Shown here piece after piece: positions 13,987 through 24,150 of a stretch of DNA of 64,000 nucleotides. Numbering within the stretch: position 1 is the first letter of the stretch; each line of letters begins with the position of its first letter. The position numbers were made by a program, and so were the translations under genes. This stretch comes from an uncultured Gemmatimonadales bacterium. Lineage in GTDB: Bacteria; Gemmatimonadota; Gemmatimonadetes; Longimicrobiales; Longimicrobiaceae. Under the pieces are notes generated by a model. The model saw nothing but the letters and a program-made list of their open reading frames with translations, had not been told where the DNA came from and ran no database searches. The stretch spans positions 6,336,001-6,400,000 of the forward strand of contig OY970303.1 of NCBI GenBank assembly GCA_963716255.1, given 5' to 3'.

Positions 13987-15483
13987 ATGATCCTCGCCAT
14001 AGACCAGGGCACCACCGGCACCACCTGCCTCGTCATCGACGCGGACGGGCAGATCCGCGGGCGCGCCTACAGCGAGTTCACGCAGCACTTTCCGCGTCCC
14101 GGCTGGGTGGAGCACGACGCGGAGGAGATCTGGCGCGTGACCCGGGCCATGGCCCACGCGGCGGCGGAGTCCGCGGGGACGGCGCTGGAGCGGCTGGCGG
14201 GGATCGGCATCACCAACCAGCGCGAGACCATCGTGCTGTGGGACCGCGCCACGGGCGAGCCGGTGCACCGCGCGCTGGTGTGGCAGGACGGGCGCACGGC
14301 GGACGCGTGCCGGAGGTTCAAGGCGGAGGGGCGCGAGCCGGAGGTGCGCGAGCGGACGGGGCTGGTGATCGACCCGTACTTCAGCGGCACCAAGCTGGCG
14401 TGGCTGCTGGACCACGTCCCCGGCGCCCGCCGCCGCGCCGAGGCCGGGGAGCTGGCGGCGGGGACCATCGACTCGTGGCTGGTGTGGAAGCTCAGCGGCG
14501 GCCGCCTGCACCTGACCGACCCCACCAACGCCTCGCGGACGCTGCTGTACGGGCTGAGAAGCGGCGAGTGGGAGCCGGGGCTGCTGGACACCTTCGGCGT
14601 GCCGCGCGCGGTGCTCCCCGAGATCCGGGCCTCGTCCGAGGTGTACGGCACGACGGACGGCGCGGCGCTGGGGGCGGAGATCCCGGTGGCGGGGATCGCG
14701 GGCGACCAGCAGGCGGCGCTCTTCGGGCACGGCTGCTGCACCCCCGGCGAGGGAAAGAACACCTACGGCACCGGCGCCTTCCTGCTGCTGCACACCGGCA
14801 CGGAGCCGGTCCCCTCCAGGCACGGGATGCTGACCACGGCGGCGTGCGGGCCGCGCGGGGAGCGTGCCTTCGCGCTGGAGGGCTCGGTGTTCATCGCGGG
14901 CGCGGCGGTGCAGTGGCTGCGCGACGCGGTGGGCGTCATCGCGGAGGCGGCGGAGACGGACGACCTGGCGCGCTCGCTGGACGACAACGACGGCGTGTAC
15001 TTCGTCCCGGCCTTCACCGGGCTGGGCGCGCCGCACTGGGAGCCGGGCGCCCGCGGCACCATCGTGGGTCTCACGCGGGGGACGGGGCGCGCCCACCTGG
15101 CCCGCGCGGCGCTGGAGGCCATGGCGTACTCCACGCGCGACGTGGTGGAGGCGATGGAGGCCGACTCGGGCGCGCGCCTGACCGCCCTGCGCGTGGACGG
15201 CGGCGCCACGGAGAACGACTGGCTGATGCAGTTCCAGGCGGACGTGCTGGGGATCCCGGTGCGCCGCCCGGCGATGGTGGAGATGACCGCCTTCGGGGCG
15301 GCGGGGCTGGCGGGGCTGGCGCTGGGGGTCTGGCGCACGCCGGAGGACTTTCTCGCCGCCCGCCCGGAGACGGCGGACTTCGCGCCGGCCGCGGACCCCG
15401 CGCGCCGCGGCGCCTGGCTGGACGGATGGCGGCGGGCGCTCTCCGCCGCCCGCGCCTGGGCCCACGAAGGGGAGACCCCATGA
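13987..15483 (+). CDS. glpK: Glycerol kinase
   Basis: AIDQGTT, GITNQRET, YFSGTK, GDQQAALFG, KNTYGTG, FTGLGAPHW and VDGG motifs. Confidence 0.96.
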   Translation: MILAIDQGTTGTTCLVIDADGQIRGRAYSEFTQHFPRPGWVEHDAEEIWRVTRAMAHAAAESAGTALERLAGIGITNQRETIVLWDRATGEPVHRALVWQDGRTADACRRFKAEGREPEVRERTGLVIDPYFSGTKLAWLLDHVPGARRRAEAGELAAGTIDSWLVWKLSGGRLHLTDPTNASRTLLYGLRSGEWEPGLLDTFGVPRAVLPEIRASSEVYGTTDGAALGAEIPVAGIAGDQQAALFGHGCCTPGEGKNTYGTGAFLLLHTGTEPVPSRHGMLTTAACGPRGERAFALEGSVFIAGAAVQWLRDAVGVIAEAAETDDLARSLDDNDGVYFVPAFTGLGAPHWEPGARGTIVGLTRGTGRAHLARAALEAMAYSTRDVVEAMEADSGARLTALRVDGGATENDWLMQFQADVLGIPVRRPAMVEMTAFGAAGLAGLALGVWRTPEDFLAARPETADFAPAADPARRGAWLDGWRRALSAARAWAHEGETP

Positions 15484-15803
15484 ACCTGTGCATGCTCGTC
15501 CTCTGCTTGTCCCTGCAGCAGGGGACGCCGCAGCGCCCCGCCGACCGCTGGGTCGCCGAGGACAAGTGGAAGCACTTCTTCGCGTCGTTCGTGGTGACGG
15601 CGCTCTCGGCCGCCGCCGTGCGCGCCGCTGGCGCCGACGCGCAGACCAGCGCGCTTGTGGGCGCCGGGGTGGGGACGGGCGTCGGCGCGTGGAAGGAGCT
15701 GCGCGACAGGCGCGACCCCGCCGCCACGCCGTCGCTGCGGGACCTGGCGTGGGACGCGGCCGGAGTGGGCGCCGCCGCGGCGGTGGCGTCCCAGGCGCGG
15801 TAG
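15480..15803 (+). CDS. YfiM/DUF2279-like small membrane protein
   Basis: EDKWKHF...WKELRD...SLRDLAWD pattern; ATGA overlap with glpK. Confidence 0.65.
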   Translation: MNLCMLVLCLSLQQGTPQRPADRWVAEDKWKHFFASFVVTALSAAAVRAAGADAQTSALVGAGVGTGVGAWKELRDRRDPAATPSLRDLAWDAAGVGAAAAVASQAR

Positions 15804-15880
15804 GGGGACGGCGGTACGGAAGTGCGGAACGGCGCCTCACCTGAGACTGCGGCGAGGGCGCCGTTCGTCGTTCCGGCAGT

Positions 15881-16028
15881 ACCCAGATGAATCTGTTCGG
15901 AGGGAGACAGCCGGGTAGGTTCGGCTGGCTCGCTCCGGCGCAGGGAGACTCGCCGGCCGTTTGGCGAGGCTCCCGGAGCCCGCGGAGGAGACTGGCGGGG
16001 CCGTTTCCGCCGGGCTCCGTAGCGGTCC
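15881..16028 (+). repeat. Repeat family B, copy 2
   Basis: Same three-unit layout with different stem sequences. Confidence 0.85.
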
Positions 16029-16068
16029 ATGGGGCCCGACGCAATCCGCGCCCGGCGCGCGGCTCTCC

Positions 16069-16452
16069 TCAGGCCAACGAGGTGGGGCCGAAGTCCGGGG
16101 GCGGGACGAAGGTCACGGCGGCGAGAAGCCCCGAGAGCGCTGCCGGGAGATCGTCCAGCCGGAGCGTTTCCCCGTCGGGGCCGGCGAGCCCACCCCGGTC
16201 GGTGCGGTGCACGGGCACGCCGAACACCCGCCGGAACGTCCCGGCGGGCGCGGTGATCGAGAAGCTGTTCCCCACGGCGCTCCCCACCTGGAACCCGCTC
16301 TCGCGGAAGCCCTCCACGGCCCGCGCGACCGCCTCCGGCGCGGGGGCGAACTCCGCCAGCGTCGCCGCGGTGATGGCGGACGCCCCGTCCGGCGCCCTTC
16401 CGCTCGCGGAGCGGAGCACGACCTGCGCAGAGATCACCTCCCGGTCTTCCAT
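16069..16452 (-). CDS. Hypothetical protein resembling the propeptide of the adjacent S8 protease
   Basis: AAGGAGG RBS; aligns by eye with the N-terminal region of 16548..18239. Confidence 0.7.
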   Translation of the reverse strand: MEDREVISAQVVLRSASGRAPDGASAITAATLAEFAPAPEAVARAVEGFRESGFQVGSAVGNSFSITAPAGTFRRVFGVPVHRTDRGGLAGPDGETLRLDDLPAALSGLLAAVTFVPPPDFGPTSLA

Positions 16453-16547
16453 CCCGTCCTCCTTGGTTGCCGTTCGGCTCCGCGTGCCGGAAGGACCGTG
16501 CCCGCGAATCCCGCCCCGGGCACGATCCGCGGAGAGTCCGCCGGCTC

Positions 16548-18239
16548 CTACGGCACCGCGGGGCCGGAGATCCCCCCGTCGATGATCATCGCTTCCAGCT
16601 CCCGCACGTCCCGCGCGGAGAGCCGCGGCCGGGGCGCCGGCTCGTCCGGGGCCGCGCCGGGTCCCCCCGCCCCCGGCTGCGGAGCGACCGCCTGCGCGAC
16701 CGGCTGGGCGGACGGGTCCGGCCGGACGGGTCCCAGGCACCGGAGCTTGGCGACCATCACCGCCTTGTGGGCGTCCACCAGCCCGTTCCCGGTGGCCGTG
16801 TCCGGGCCCGCGACGGCCGCGTTCCCGCCGGTACTGGGGCTGCACGTGCCCGCCGTCACGTCCCGTGCCGTGCTCATGAGGATGATGCGGACCTCCGCGG
16901 GCGTCAGGGCGGGGCAGGCCTGCTTGACCAGCGCCGCCGCGCCCGCGAGCTGCGGGGCCGCCGCCGAGGTGCCGCTGAAGCATGCCCAGCCGTCCCCGGC
17001 GTCGGTCTCGTCGCCGTCGGGGTGCTCGCCCCCGGCGGTGCCCACGTCCATCTGGTCGCCGGGATCCAGGGGGAGCATGATGTAAGCGGCCCGGGGCAGC
17101 ATCCCCACCAGGCCGCACAGGTCCGGCACCCGCCGCTCCGGGTAGATGCCGCTCATGAAGCCGCTCGCGTAGTCCGACGCCCGCAGCGACTCGTCCGGGG
17201 CCAGGAAGACGCCGCCCGCCGAGATCACGTCGGGGTGCTGCCCCGGGAAGCTCCAGTGCCCGTTCCCCGCGGAAAAGACCACGGTGATCCCGGCCGCCAC
17301 CGCGGCGGCGACGGCCGCGGCGAGCGCCTGGTCCGCCGCGGTCAGCGGCCCCTTCCGCTTGTCACTGCCCCAGCTGCAGGTGATGACGTGCGGGGCGAGC
17401 GCCACGGCGGCGTTGAAGGCGCCGATGGTGTTCACGAAGCTCATCTTCACCGGGAGGAATTCCACGTCCGGGGCCACGGCGAACAGGTTGGCGGACTCCC
17501 CCGTGCCGTGCCCGATCTCGTCCGCCAGGGGGTTGGCGGCCCCGGGGCCCAGCACCACCGGCGCCGCGTGGTACCCGCGCCCCACGAAGTACGGGTGCCT
17601 GAACCACCCGGTGTCCACCATCGCCACCCGCACCCCGCTCCCCGTGACGCCCACCCGGTGCGCCCGGTCCGCGTTGCACCCCAGCGACACGTCGCCCGGA
17701 ACGCGCATGTGCCAGTACGACTTGGGCGGGGCGAACATGGAGGCGCCCATGAAGTAGCGCGGCTCCTCGATGGCGATTCCCTCCAGCACGTCGGCGAACG
17801 GCGTCCCCCGGGGCGAGATCAGCCCCGGCATCTCCGTGTCCGAGGAGTCGATGAACTCCCCGACCGTCGCCTCCCCGAACTCCTTGATGACCGGGCGCTG
17901 CTCCACGTACAGCCGCGTGTTGAAAGCCCGCTGGTACAGCTCGCGCGGCCCGGCGATGTTGATGGAGGCGGGGCTTACCTGCAGCACGTCGAAGCCCGCC
18001 TCCCGGAGCATGGACGCGGCCCGGAGGACGAGCTCCCCCTCCGAAAAGAAGCTCGCCGCGACCGACGAATCGATCCGGTCCTGCGCGTCGAACATGGACA
18101 CGCCGCCGATGGAGTGCGGCGACGCCTGGGCGTAGATCCGCCCGGGAACGGCGAGGGCTTCGCTCCCGGAAGGGGGCGCGCCGGGAACGGATCCGCGCCC
18201 GGTGGCCGTGCTTCGGGTGGTCGTTTTCCGGATGGGCAT
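16548..18239 (-). CDS. Subtilase (peptidase S8) family serine protease
   Basis: Catalytic motifs MVDTG, GHGT, FSAGN and GTSAAAP. Confidence 0.9.
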   Translation of the reverse strand: MPIRKTTTRSTATGRGSVPGAPPSGSEALAVPGRIYAQASPHSIGGVSMFDAQDRIDSSVAASFFSEGELVLRAASMLREAGFDVLQVSPASINIAGPRELYQRAFNTRLYVEQRPVIKEFGEATVGEFIDSSDTEMPGLISPRGTPFADVLEGIAIEEPRYFMGASMFAPPKSYWHMRVPGDVSLGCNADRAHRVGVTGSGVRVAMVDTGWFRHPYFVGRGYHAAPVVLGPGAANPLADEIGHGTGESANLFAVAPDVEFLPVKMSFVNTIGAFNAAVALAPHVITCSWGSDKRKGPLTAADQALAAAVAAAVAAGITVVFSAGNGHWSFPGQHPDVISAGGVFLAPDESLRASDYASGFMSGIYPERRVPDLCGLVGMLPRAAYIMLPLDPGDQMDVGTAGGEHPDGDETDAGDGWACFSGTSAAAPQLAGAAALVKQACPALTPAEVRIILMSTARDVTAGTCSPSTGGNAAVAGPDTATGNGLVDAHKAVMVAKLRCLGPVRPDPSAQPVAQAVAPQPGAGGPGAAPDEPAPRPRLSARDVRELEAMIIDGGISGPAVP

Positions 18240-18637
18240 GGGAAAGCTCCTGGAAAAGGAGAATCATCCTGAGAGGAGTGCCGAGGGAGCCCTGGTCCGG
18301 TGAGGGGCACGCTTTCGGCACCTGTTCGGAATATAGCATGGAATCAGCCATAAATGTTATAAGTGTAGATATCGTGGAGTTGGATCGCGGGTCCCTGTGT
18401 CGGATGTGGGCGGTGGTGGGTCCCCGGCGTGGCGCCCCAGGGGGCGGCCCGCCGGTCTGTGGGCGTCGCCGCGCCCGCCCGGGACACGCGTCGTCCAATC
18501 TCCGGAAAATGCGGGCGATCCCCCACGGCAAGTGGGGAAAAACCTTACGGTTGGGCCCCCACGCGGGTCTTTCTCCGTGCGGCGCCCGGGATTATATTGC
18601 TCCCCGTGTCCACACCCTCTCGCGGAGACGACTCGCC

Positions 18638-19060
18638 TTGAAGAGACAGCACAGATTCGTGGCGGCCGCGCTCGTCCTGGTCGGCATCGTGGGGTACCTG
18701 TTCATCACCGGGATGAAGGACTCCATGATCTACTACTACACGCCGGACGAGCTCCTCGCGAAGACCGCCGCCGACGCGTCGGTGCACGACGTGGGCGTCA
18801 AGGTGGGCGGGCGCGTGGTGCCCGGCACGGTGACGTTCGACCAGCGGACGCTGGACCTGCGCTTCGACGTGGTGGACATCGCCAGCGGCAAGGGACGCTT
18901 CCCGGTGCACTACCAGGGCCCGCTCCCCGACACCTTCGAGGAGGGGCGCGACGTGGTGGTGGAGGGGCGCTACACGCAGGCCGGTGCCTTCGAGGCGACC
19001 ACGGTGCTGACCAAGTGCGGCTCCCGCTACGAAGCGGTCGAAGAGGACTACCGGGCGTGA
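18638..19060 (+). CDS. ccmE: Cytochrome c maturation heme chaperone CcmE (CxxxY type)
   Basis: N-terminal TM helix, YYYTP, GPLPDTFEEG and VLTKCGSRY; TTG start inferred. Confidence 0.88.
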   Translation: MKRQHRFVAAALVLVGIVGYLFITGMKDSMIYYYTPDELLAKTAADASVHDVGVKVGGRVVPGTVTFDQRTLDLRFDVVDIASGKGRFPVHYQGPLPDTFEEGRDVVVEGRYTQAGAFEATTVLTKCGSRYEAVEEDYRA

Positions 19061-21114
19061 CGCAGATCGGTGAGGTCGCGCTCTGGGTCGCCCTCCTCCT
19101 GGCGCTCTGGGGGACGGCGACCGCTTTCGTGGGCGGCAGGGCGGGGCGCGGCGACCTGGTCCTTTCCGCCGAGCGCTCGGTGTACGGCGTGCTCGGCCTG
19201 CTCCTGGTGGCCTCCGGCGCCATCATCGCGGCGTTCCTGGGGAACGAGTACCGCTACCAGTACGTGGCCGGCTACTCCAACCGCGAGCTGTCGGTCTTCT
19301 ATAAGGTCACCGGGCTGTGGGCCGGGCAGACCGGCTCGCTGGTGTTCTGGGCGCTGCTGCTGGCGCTGTTCTCGTCGCTCGCGGTGTTCCAGAACCGGGA
19401 GCGCAACCGCGAGTTCATGCCGTACGTCACCGGGACGCTGCTGGTCATCCTGGCCTTCTTCCTGGTGGTGGTGCTGTCGGCGTCCAACCCGTTCAAGCTG
19501 CTGGAGTTCACCCCCGCCGACGGGCGCGGCCTGAACCCGCAGCTCCAGAACTACTGGATGACCATCCACCCCCCCACGCTGTACCTGGGGTTCACCGCCT
19601 TCACCATCCCCTTCGCCTTCGCCGTTTCCGCGCTACTCAGCGGCCGGCTGGACACCCGCTGGATCGCCACGACGCGGCGCTGGACGCTGCTCGCGTGGTT
19701 CTTTCTGACCAACGGGATCATCTTCGGGATGATGTGGGCGTACGTGGAGCTGGGGTGGGGCGGCTGGTGGTTCTGGGACCCGGTCGAGAACGCGTCGCTC
19801 CTCCCCTGGCTCACGGGGACTGCGTACCTGCACTCGGTGATGATCCAGGAGAAGCGGGGGATGCTCAAGGTCTGGAACGTGTTCCTGATCATGGCCACCT
19901 TCCTCCTCAGCATCCTGGCGACCTTCCTGACGCGCTCGGGGCTGATCGAGTCGGTGCACTCGTTCGCCCAGAACCTGACCATCGCCTACATCTTCCTGGG
20001 CTTCCTCGCCACGCTGATCGTGGTGAGCGCGGGGCTGGTGTGGTGGCGCCGCGACCGGCTCGCCTCCGACGCGCAGGTGGAGTCGTTCCTGTCGCGGGAG
20101 GCCGCATTCCTCACCAACAACCTGGTGTTCGTGGCGGCGATGTTCGCCGTGCTCTGGGGGACGCTGTTCCCGCTGATCTCGGAGGGCTTCACCGGGCAGA
20201 AGATCGCCACGGGGCCGCCGTTCTTCGACCGGGTCAACATCCCGCTGGGGCTGCTGCTGCTGGCGCTGATGGGGATCGGGCCGGTGATCGCGTGGCGCAG
20301 GGCCAGCCCGCGCAACCTCAGGCGCAACTTCGTGGGGCCGCTGCTCGCCGGGACGGCGGTGGGATTGGGGATGCTCGCGGGGGGAGTGCGGCACACCTAC
20401 GCCATCCTCACCTTCGCGCTGGGCGCCTTCACGCTGGCGACGGTGGCGATCGAGTTCTGGAAGGGGACCCGCGCCCGCGCCCGCATCGAGGGCGAGGGAG
20501 CGCTGGTCGCGCTCGTCCACCTGGTGGGCCGCAACCGGCGCCGCTACGGCGGCTACATCGTGCACGTGGGGCTGGTGATCGGCTTCATGGGGATCGCCGG
20601 CAAGGCGTTCTACGCGGAGGAGACGCTGGCGCTGCGCCCCGGGGAGAGCATGACCATCGCCTCGCCCTTCGGGCACACGTACCGGCTGACGTACCAGGAC
20701 ATGTCGTGGTACACCGCCACCAACATGACCAAGCTGGTGGCCTCGGTGGTGGTCGAAAAGGGCGGCCGGCGCGCCGGGATGCTGACCGCGGAGAAGCGCA
20801 CCTACCGGCAGCGCGAGGAGGTCGCGAGCGAGGTGGGGATCCGCCGCGCCTGGAACGAGGACCTGTACCTGATCCTCGCCGGGATCGACGATCCCAACGG
20901 CGTGGTGCAGGGGACCAACCCGCGCCCCGTCGCCACCTTCCGGGTGCTGGTGAACGCGCTGGTGCCGTGGATCTGGACCGGCGGCTTCATCATGGCCGTG
21001 GGGACGCTGATCGCGCTGTGGCCGGGCCGCGAGGAGCCGCGCCCTTCGCCGGCCAGGGCCGGGCGCCCCGCCGCCGCCGGGCGGCCGCGCGAGCGCGAGC
21101 TGGTGGAGGCGTGA
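19057..21114 (+). CDS. ccmF: Cytochrome c heme lyase CcmF
   Basis: GLNPQLQN, HPP.LYLG, WAYVELGWGGWWFWDPVENASL and SVHSFA motifs. Confidence 0.96.
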   Translation: MTQIGEVALWVALLLALWGTATAFVGGRAGRGDLVLSAERSVYGVLGLLLVASGAIIAAFLGNEYRYQYVAGYSNRELSVFYKVTGLWAGQTGSLVFWALLLALFSSLAVFQNRERNREFMPYVTGTLLVILAFFLVVVLSASNPFKLLEFTPADGRGLNPQLQNYWMTIHPPTLYLGFTAFTIPFAFAVSALLSGRLDTRWIATTRRWTLLAWFFLTNGIIFGMMWAYVELGWGGWWFWDPVENASLLPWLTGTAYLHSVMIQEKRGMLKVWNVFLIMATFLLSILATFLTRSGLIESVHSFAQNLTIAYIFLGFLATLIVVSAGLVWWRRDRLASDAQVESFLSREAAFLTNNLVFVAAMFAVLWGTLFPLISEGFTGQKIATGPPFFDRVNIPLGLLLLALMGIGPVIAWRRASPRNLRRNFVGPLLAGTAVGLGMLAGGVRHTYAILTFALGAFTLATVAIEFWKGTRARARIEGEGALVALVHLVGRNRRRYGGYIVHVGLVIGFMGIAGKAFYAEETLALRPGESMTIASPFGHTYRLTYQDMSWYTATNMTKLVASVVVEKGGRRAGMLTAEKRTYRQREEVASEVGIRRAWNEDLYLILAGIDDPNGVVQGTNPRPVATFRVLVNALVPWIWTGGFIMAVGTLIALWPGREEPRPSPARAGRPAAAGRPRERELVEA

Positions 21115-21617
21115 TGCGCCGCCTGCTGACGGCCGCCGCGCTCCTGGCGCTCGCGCTTCCGCTTCGCGCGCAGGACGCCGCCGCACCGGCCGCGCACGCC
21201 ACCGAGGCCCAGGCGACGGAGGCCGTGGCGCACGACGCCATGACGCAGCTGCGCTCGCCGGTGACGCCCTTCCACACGCTGGACATGTGCCCCGACGCGG
21301 CGGCTGCGGCGCTCCGCGACACCGTCCGCGCCGAGGCGGCGGCCGGCAGGACCGCGGACCAGATCATCGAGAGCACCATCGCGCGCCGGGGCGAGGTGCT
21401 GCGCATCGTCCCAAAGCACTCCGGCGTGGGGCTGTGGGCGTGGGTCGCGCCGCCGGCCGTGCTCCTGGGCGGGGCGCTCCTGATCGGCGGGTGGCTGCGC
21501 CGCTCGCGCGCCGGCGCCGCCCCGGACCCCGAGCCGGAGGCGCTGAGCGGCGCCGACCGCGAGCGCCTGGCCGCCGAGCTGGCGGAGTGGGACCGCGAGC
21601 CCGGGGAGGTCGCGTGA
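21114..21617 (+). CDS. CcmH-like protein lacking the canonical LRCxxC
   Basis: Signal peptide, LRSPVTP...MCP, C-terminal WAWVAP TM helix; lies directly after ccmF. Confidence 0.65.
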   Translation: MRRLLTAAALLALALPLRAQDAAAPAAHATEAQATEAVAHDAMTQLRSPVTPFHTLDMCPDAAAAALRDTVRAEAAAGRTADQIIESTIARRGEVLRIVPKHSGVGLWAWVAPPAVLLGGALLIGGWLRRSRAGAAPDPEPEALSGADRERLAAELAEWDREPGEVA

Positions 21618-21994
21618 CGCTGCTGGCCGTATCCGTGCTGCTGGCGCTGCTCGCCGGCGCGGCGGTGGTGCACCCGCTGTGGGCGCGCCGCGCCGCGCTG
21701 ATCGGCGACGTGGCCGCGGGCGACGTGCTGGACGCCGAGGCCCGCCGGCGGGTCGCGCTCGCCTCGCTCAAGGAGGTGGAATACGACTACGCCGCCGGCA
21801 AGCTGGACGACGCCGACTACCGCGCCCTCCGCGACCGCCTGGGCGCCGAGGCCATGCGCGCCATCCGCGTCGCGGACCGCCTGCGCGGGATCGAGGCGGC
21901 GGCGCTCCCGGACATCGCCGTCGCCCATGGCTGCGGCTTCGTGAACCCGCCCCGCAGCCGCTTCTGCGCGGGGTGCGGCGCCCGGCTGGCTTGA
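21614..21994 (+). CDS. CcmI-like membrane protein with C-terminal zinc ribbon
   Basis: TM helix, LKEVEYDYAAGKLDDADY and HGCG...FCAGCG. Confidence 0.65.
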   Translation: MTLLAVSVLLALLAGAAVVHPLWARRAALIGDVAAGDVLDAEARRRVALASLKEVEYDYAAGKLDDADYRALRDRLGAEAMRAIRVADRLRGIEAAALPDIAVAHGCGFVNPPRSRFCAGCGARLA

Positions 21995-22731
21995 GCGGCG
22001 CGGCCCCGGCGCCCGCCGCCGCGCCGCCGGTGGAGGCGCGCGGGGTGGAAAAGTGGTACGGTCCGCATCCCGCGGTGCGCGGGGTGAGCTTCGCGCTGGC
22101 GGCGGGCGAGTTCCTCGCGCTCTTCGGGCCCAACGGGGCGGGGAAGAGCACCCTGCTGCGCTGCCTGGCCGGGCTGGCGCGTCCCACCCGCGGCCAGGTC
22201 CTCATCGCGGGCGAGGCGGTGACGGGCGGCGACGGCGCCTGGCGGCGCGGCATCGGCGTGCTGTCGCACCAGACCTACCTGTACGCGGGACTCAGCGCCG
22301 CCGAGAACCTGGAGTTCTACGGGCGCCTGTACGGGTTGGACCGCCTGCGCGAGCGGGTGGGCGAGGCGCTGGAGGGGGTGGGGCTCTGGGAGCGCCGCGG
22401 CGACCGGGTGCGCGGCTTCTCGCGGGGGATGCAGCAGCGACTCGCGCTCGCCCGCACCCTGCTGCACGACCCCCGGCTGGTGCTGCTGGACGAGCCGTAC
22501 ACCGGCCTGGATCCCCACGCCGCGGCCATGCTGGGCGGCGTGCTGGAGCGGCTCCGCGACGGGGCGCGCACGGTGGTGCTGGTGACGCACAACCTGTCGC
22601 AGGGGCTGGAGCTGGCGAGCCGCGTCGCCATCCAGGTGGGCGGCCGCTGGATCTCGGACGAGCCCCGCACCGCCGTGGACGCCGGCCGCTGGGAGCGCGT
22701 CTACACCGAGCGCGTGGCGGGCGCGGCGTAG
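21991..22731 (+). CDS. ccmA: Heme export ABC ATPase CcmA
   Basis: GPNGAGKST, FSRGMQQR and LLDEP motifs within the ccm operon; start uncertain. Confidence 0.88.
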   Translation: MSGAAPAPAAAPPVEARGVEKWYGPHPAVRGVSFALAAGEFLALFGPNGAGKSTLLRCLAGLARPTRGQVLIAGEAVTGGDGAWRRGIGVLSHQTYLYAGLSAAENLEFYGRLYGLDRLRERVGEALEGVGLWERRGDRVRGFSRGMQQRLALARTLLHDPRLVLLDEPYTGLDPHAAAMLGGVLERLRDGARTVVLVTHNLSQGLELASRVAIQVGGRWISDEPRTAVDAGRWERVYTERVAGAA

Positions 22732-23408
22732 GTGGGCCGCTTCCTGGGGCAGGCCCTGGCGGTCGCGCGCAAGGACCTGGTGCTGGAGCTGCGCTCGCGC
22801 GAGCGCCTGGTGGTTTCCGCCACCTTCGCCGTGCTGGTCGCGGTGGTGTTCAGCTTCTCGCTGGACCCCACCCTCCGGGCCCGCAGCTTCGCCGGGGCGA
22901 TGATCTGGGTCACGGTGATCTTCGCCGGCATCCTGGGGCTGGGGCGCTCCTTCGCCATGGAGCGCGAGCAGGAGGCGCTCTCCGGCCTGCTCCTCGCTCC
23001 CGTGGACCGCGGCGCGCTCTTCCTGGGGAAGTTCGCCGCCAACCTCGCGATCCTGCTGGCCGTGGAGCTCGTCGTCTTCCCGGTGTACGCCCTGTTCTTC
23101 GGGCTGGACTTCAGCGGGGCGCTCGGCGGGATCGCGCTGATCGTGCTTCTCGCCTCGACCGGGTTCATGCTGCTGGGGACGCTGTTCGCGGCGGTCTCCG
23201 CGCACACCCGGCTGGGGGAAACGGTGCTCCCGGTGCTCCTCCTCCCGCTGCTCATCCCGGTGGTGATCTTCGCCGTCTCGGGGACGCAGCGGCTGCTGGT
23301 GGGGCGCCCCCTGGAGGAGGTGGGGGAAACCTCCGCATGCTCCTGGCCTTCGACCTGATCTACCTGTTCATATGCCCCCTGGTCTTCGGTTCGGTGGTGG
23401 AGGAGTGA
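22732..23408 (+). CDS. ccmB: Heme exporter CcmB (apparent 1-nt frameshift at about 23322-23326)
   Basis: RKDLVLELRSRE and LLPLLIP motifs; the last TM helix (NLRMLLAFDLIYLFICPLVFGSVVEE) lies in another frame after a G5 run. Confidence 0.85.
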
Positions 23409-23418
23409 GGAGGGCGCC

Positions 23419-24150
23419 GTGGAGTCGCTGAAAGGCACCCTCCGCTGGGCCTACGCGCTCACTGCGCTCGCCGCCTCCTCCGTGCTGGCGACGTTCTGGA
23501 TGATCTTCTTCTACGCGCCCACCGAGCGCGAGATGGGGATCGTGCAGCGCATCTACTACGTGCACGTCCCCTCCGCCTGGGTCGCCTTCCTGGCCTTCGG
23601 GATCGTGGCGCTCTGCTCCGTGGGCTACCTGTGGCTGCGCGACGACAAGCTGGACGCCGTCGCCGTCGCCGCGGCGGAGCTGGGGACGGTGTTCACCACC
23701 ATCGTCCTGCTCACCGGCCCACTCTGGGGGAAGATCGCCTGGGGCACCTGGTGGGTGTGGGAGCCGCGGCTCACGCTCACGCTGCTGCTGTGGTTCATCT
23801 ACGTGGGCTACTTCATGCTCCGCGGCGCCACCGAGAGCCCCGAGCGCGGCAAGCGCTTCGCAGCGGTGCTGGGGATCGTGGGCGCGGTGGACATCCCGCT
23901 GATCCACGTGAGCGTCAACTGGTTCCGCTCGCAGCACCCGCAGCCCGTGGTGCTGCGCCCCGAGGGCCCCGCCGCGGCCCCGGAGATCGTGCAGACGCTG
24001 CTGATGGGCTTCCTGGCCTTCACGCTCCTGTTCTTCGCCCTCCTGCTCTTCCGCTACGGCCTGGAGCGGCTGCGCGCCCGCGCCGAGGCGCTGCGCGTGC
24101 GCGACGAGCTGGACCGGCCCCTTTCCTCCTCCCAGGGAGTGCTTCGCTGA
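23419..24150 (+). CDS. ccmC: Heme exporter CcmC
   Basis: RIYYVHVP and WGKIAWGTWWVWEPRLT (WWD domain), SVNWFRSQH. Confidence 0.93.
   Translation: MESLKGTLRWAYALTALAASSVLATFWMIFFYAPTEREMGIVQRIYYVHVPSAWVAFLAFGIVALCSVGYLWLRDDKLDAVAVAAAELGTVFTTIVLLTGPLWGKIAWGTWWVWEPRLTLTLLLWFIYVGYFMLRGATESPERGKRFAAVLGIVGAVDIPLIHVSVNWFRSQHPQPVVLRPEGPAAAPEIVQTLLMGFLAFTLLFFALLLFRYGLERLRARAEALRVRDELDRPLSSSQGVLR

Noticed and set aside
11968..16044. 1358-aa minus-strand ORF
   Set aside because: Mostly antisense to maf and glpK; only 11968..12939 looks coding.
23319..23330. GGGAAAC as a programmed -1 frameshift heptamer in ccmB
   Set aside because: The zero frame reads GGG GAA ACC, so the heptamer is not in the X XXY YYZ phase; a homopolymer error is simpler.
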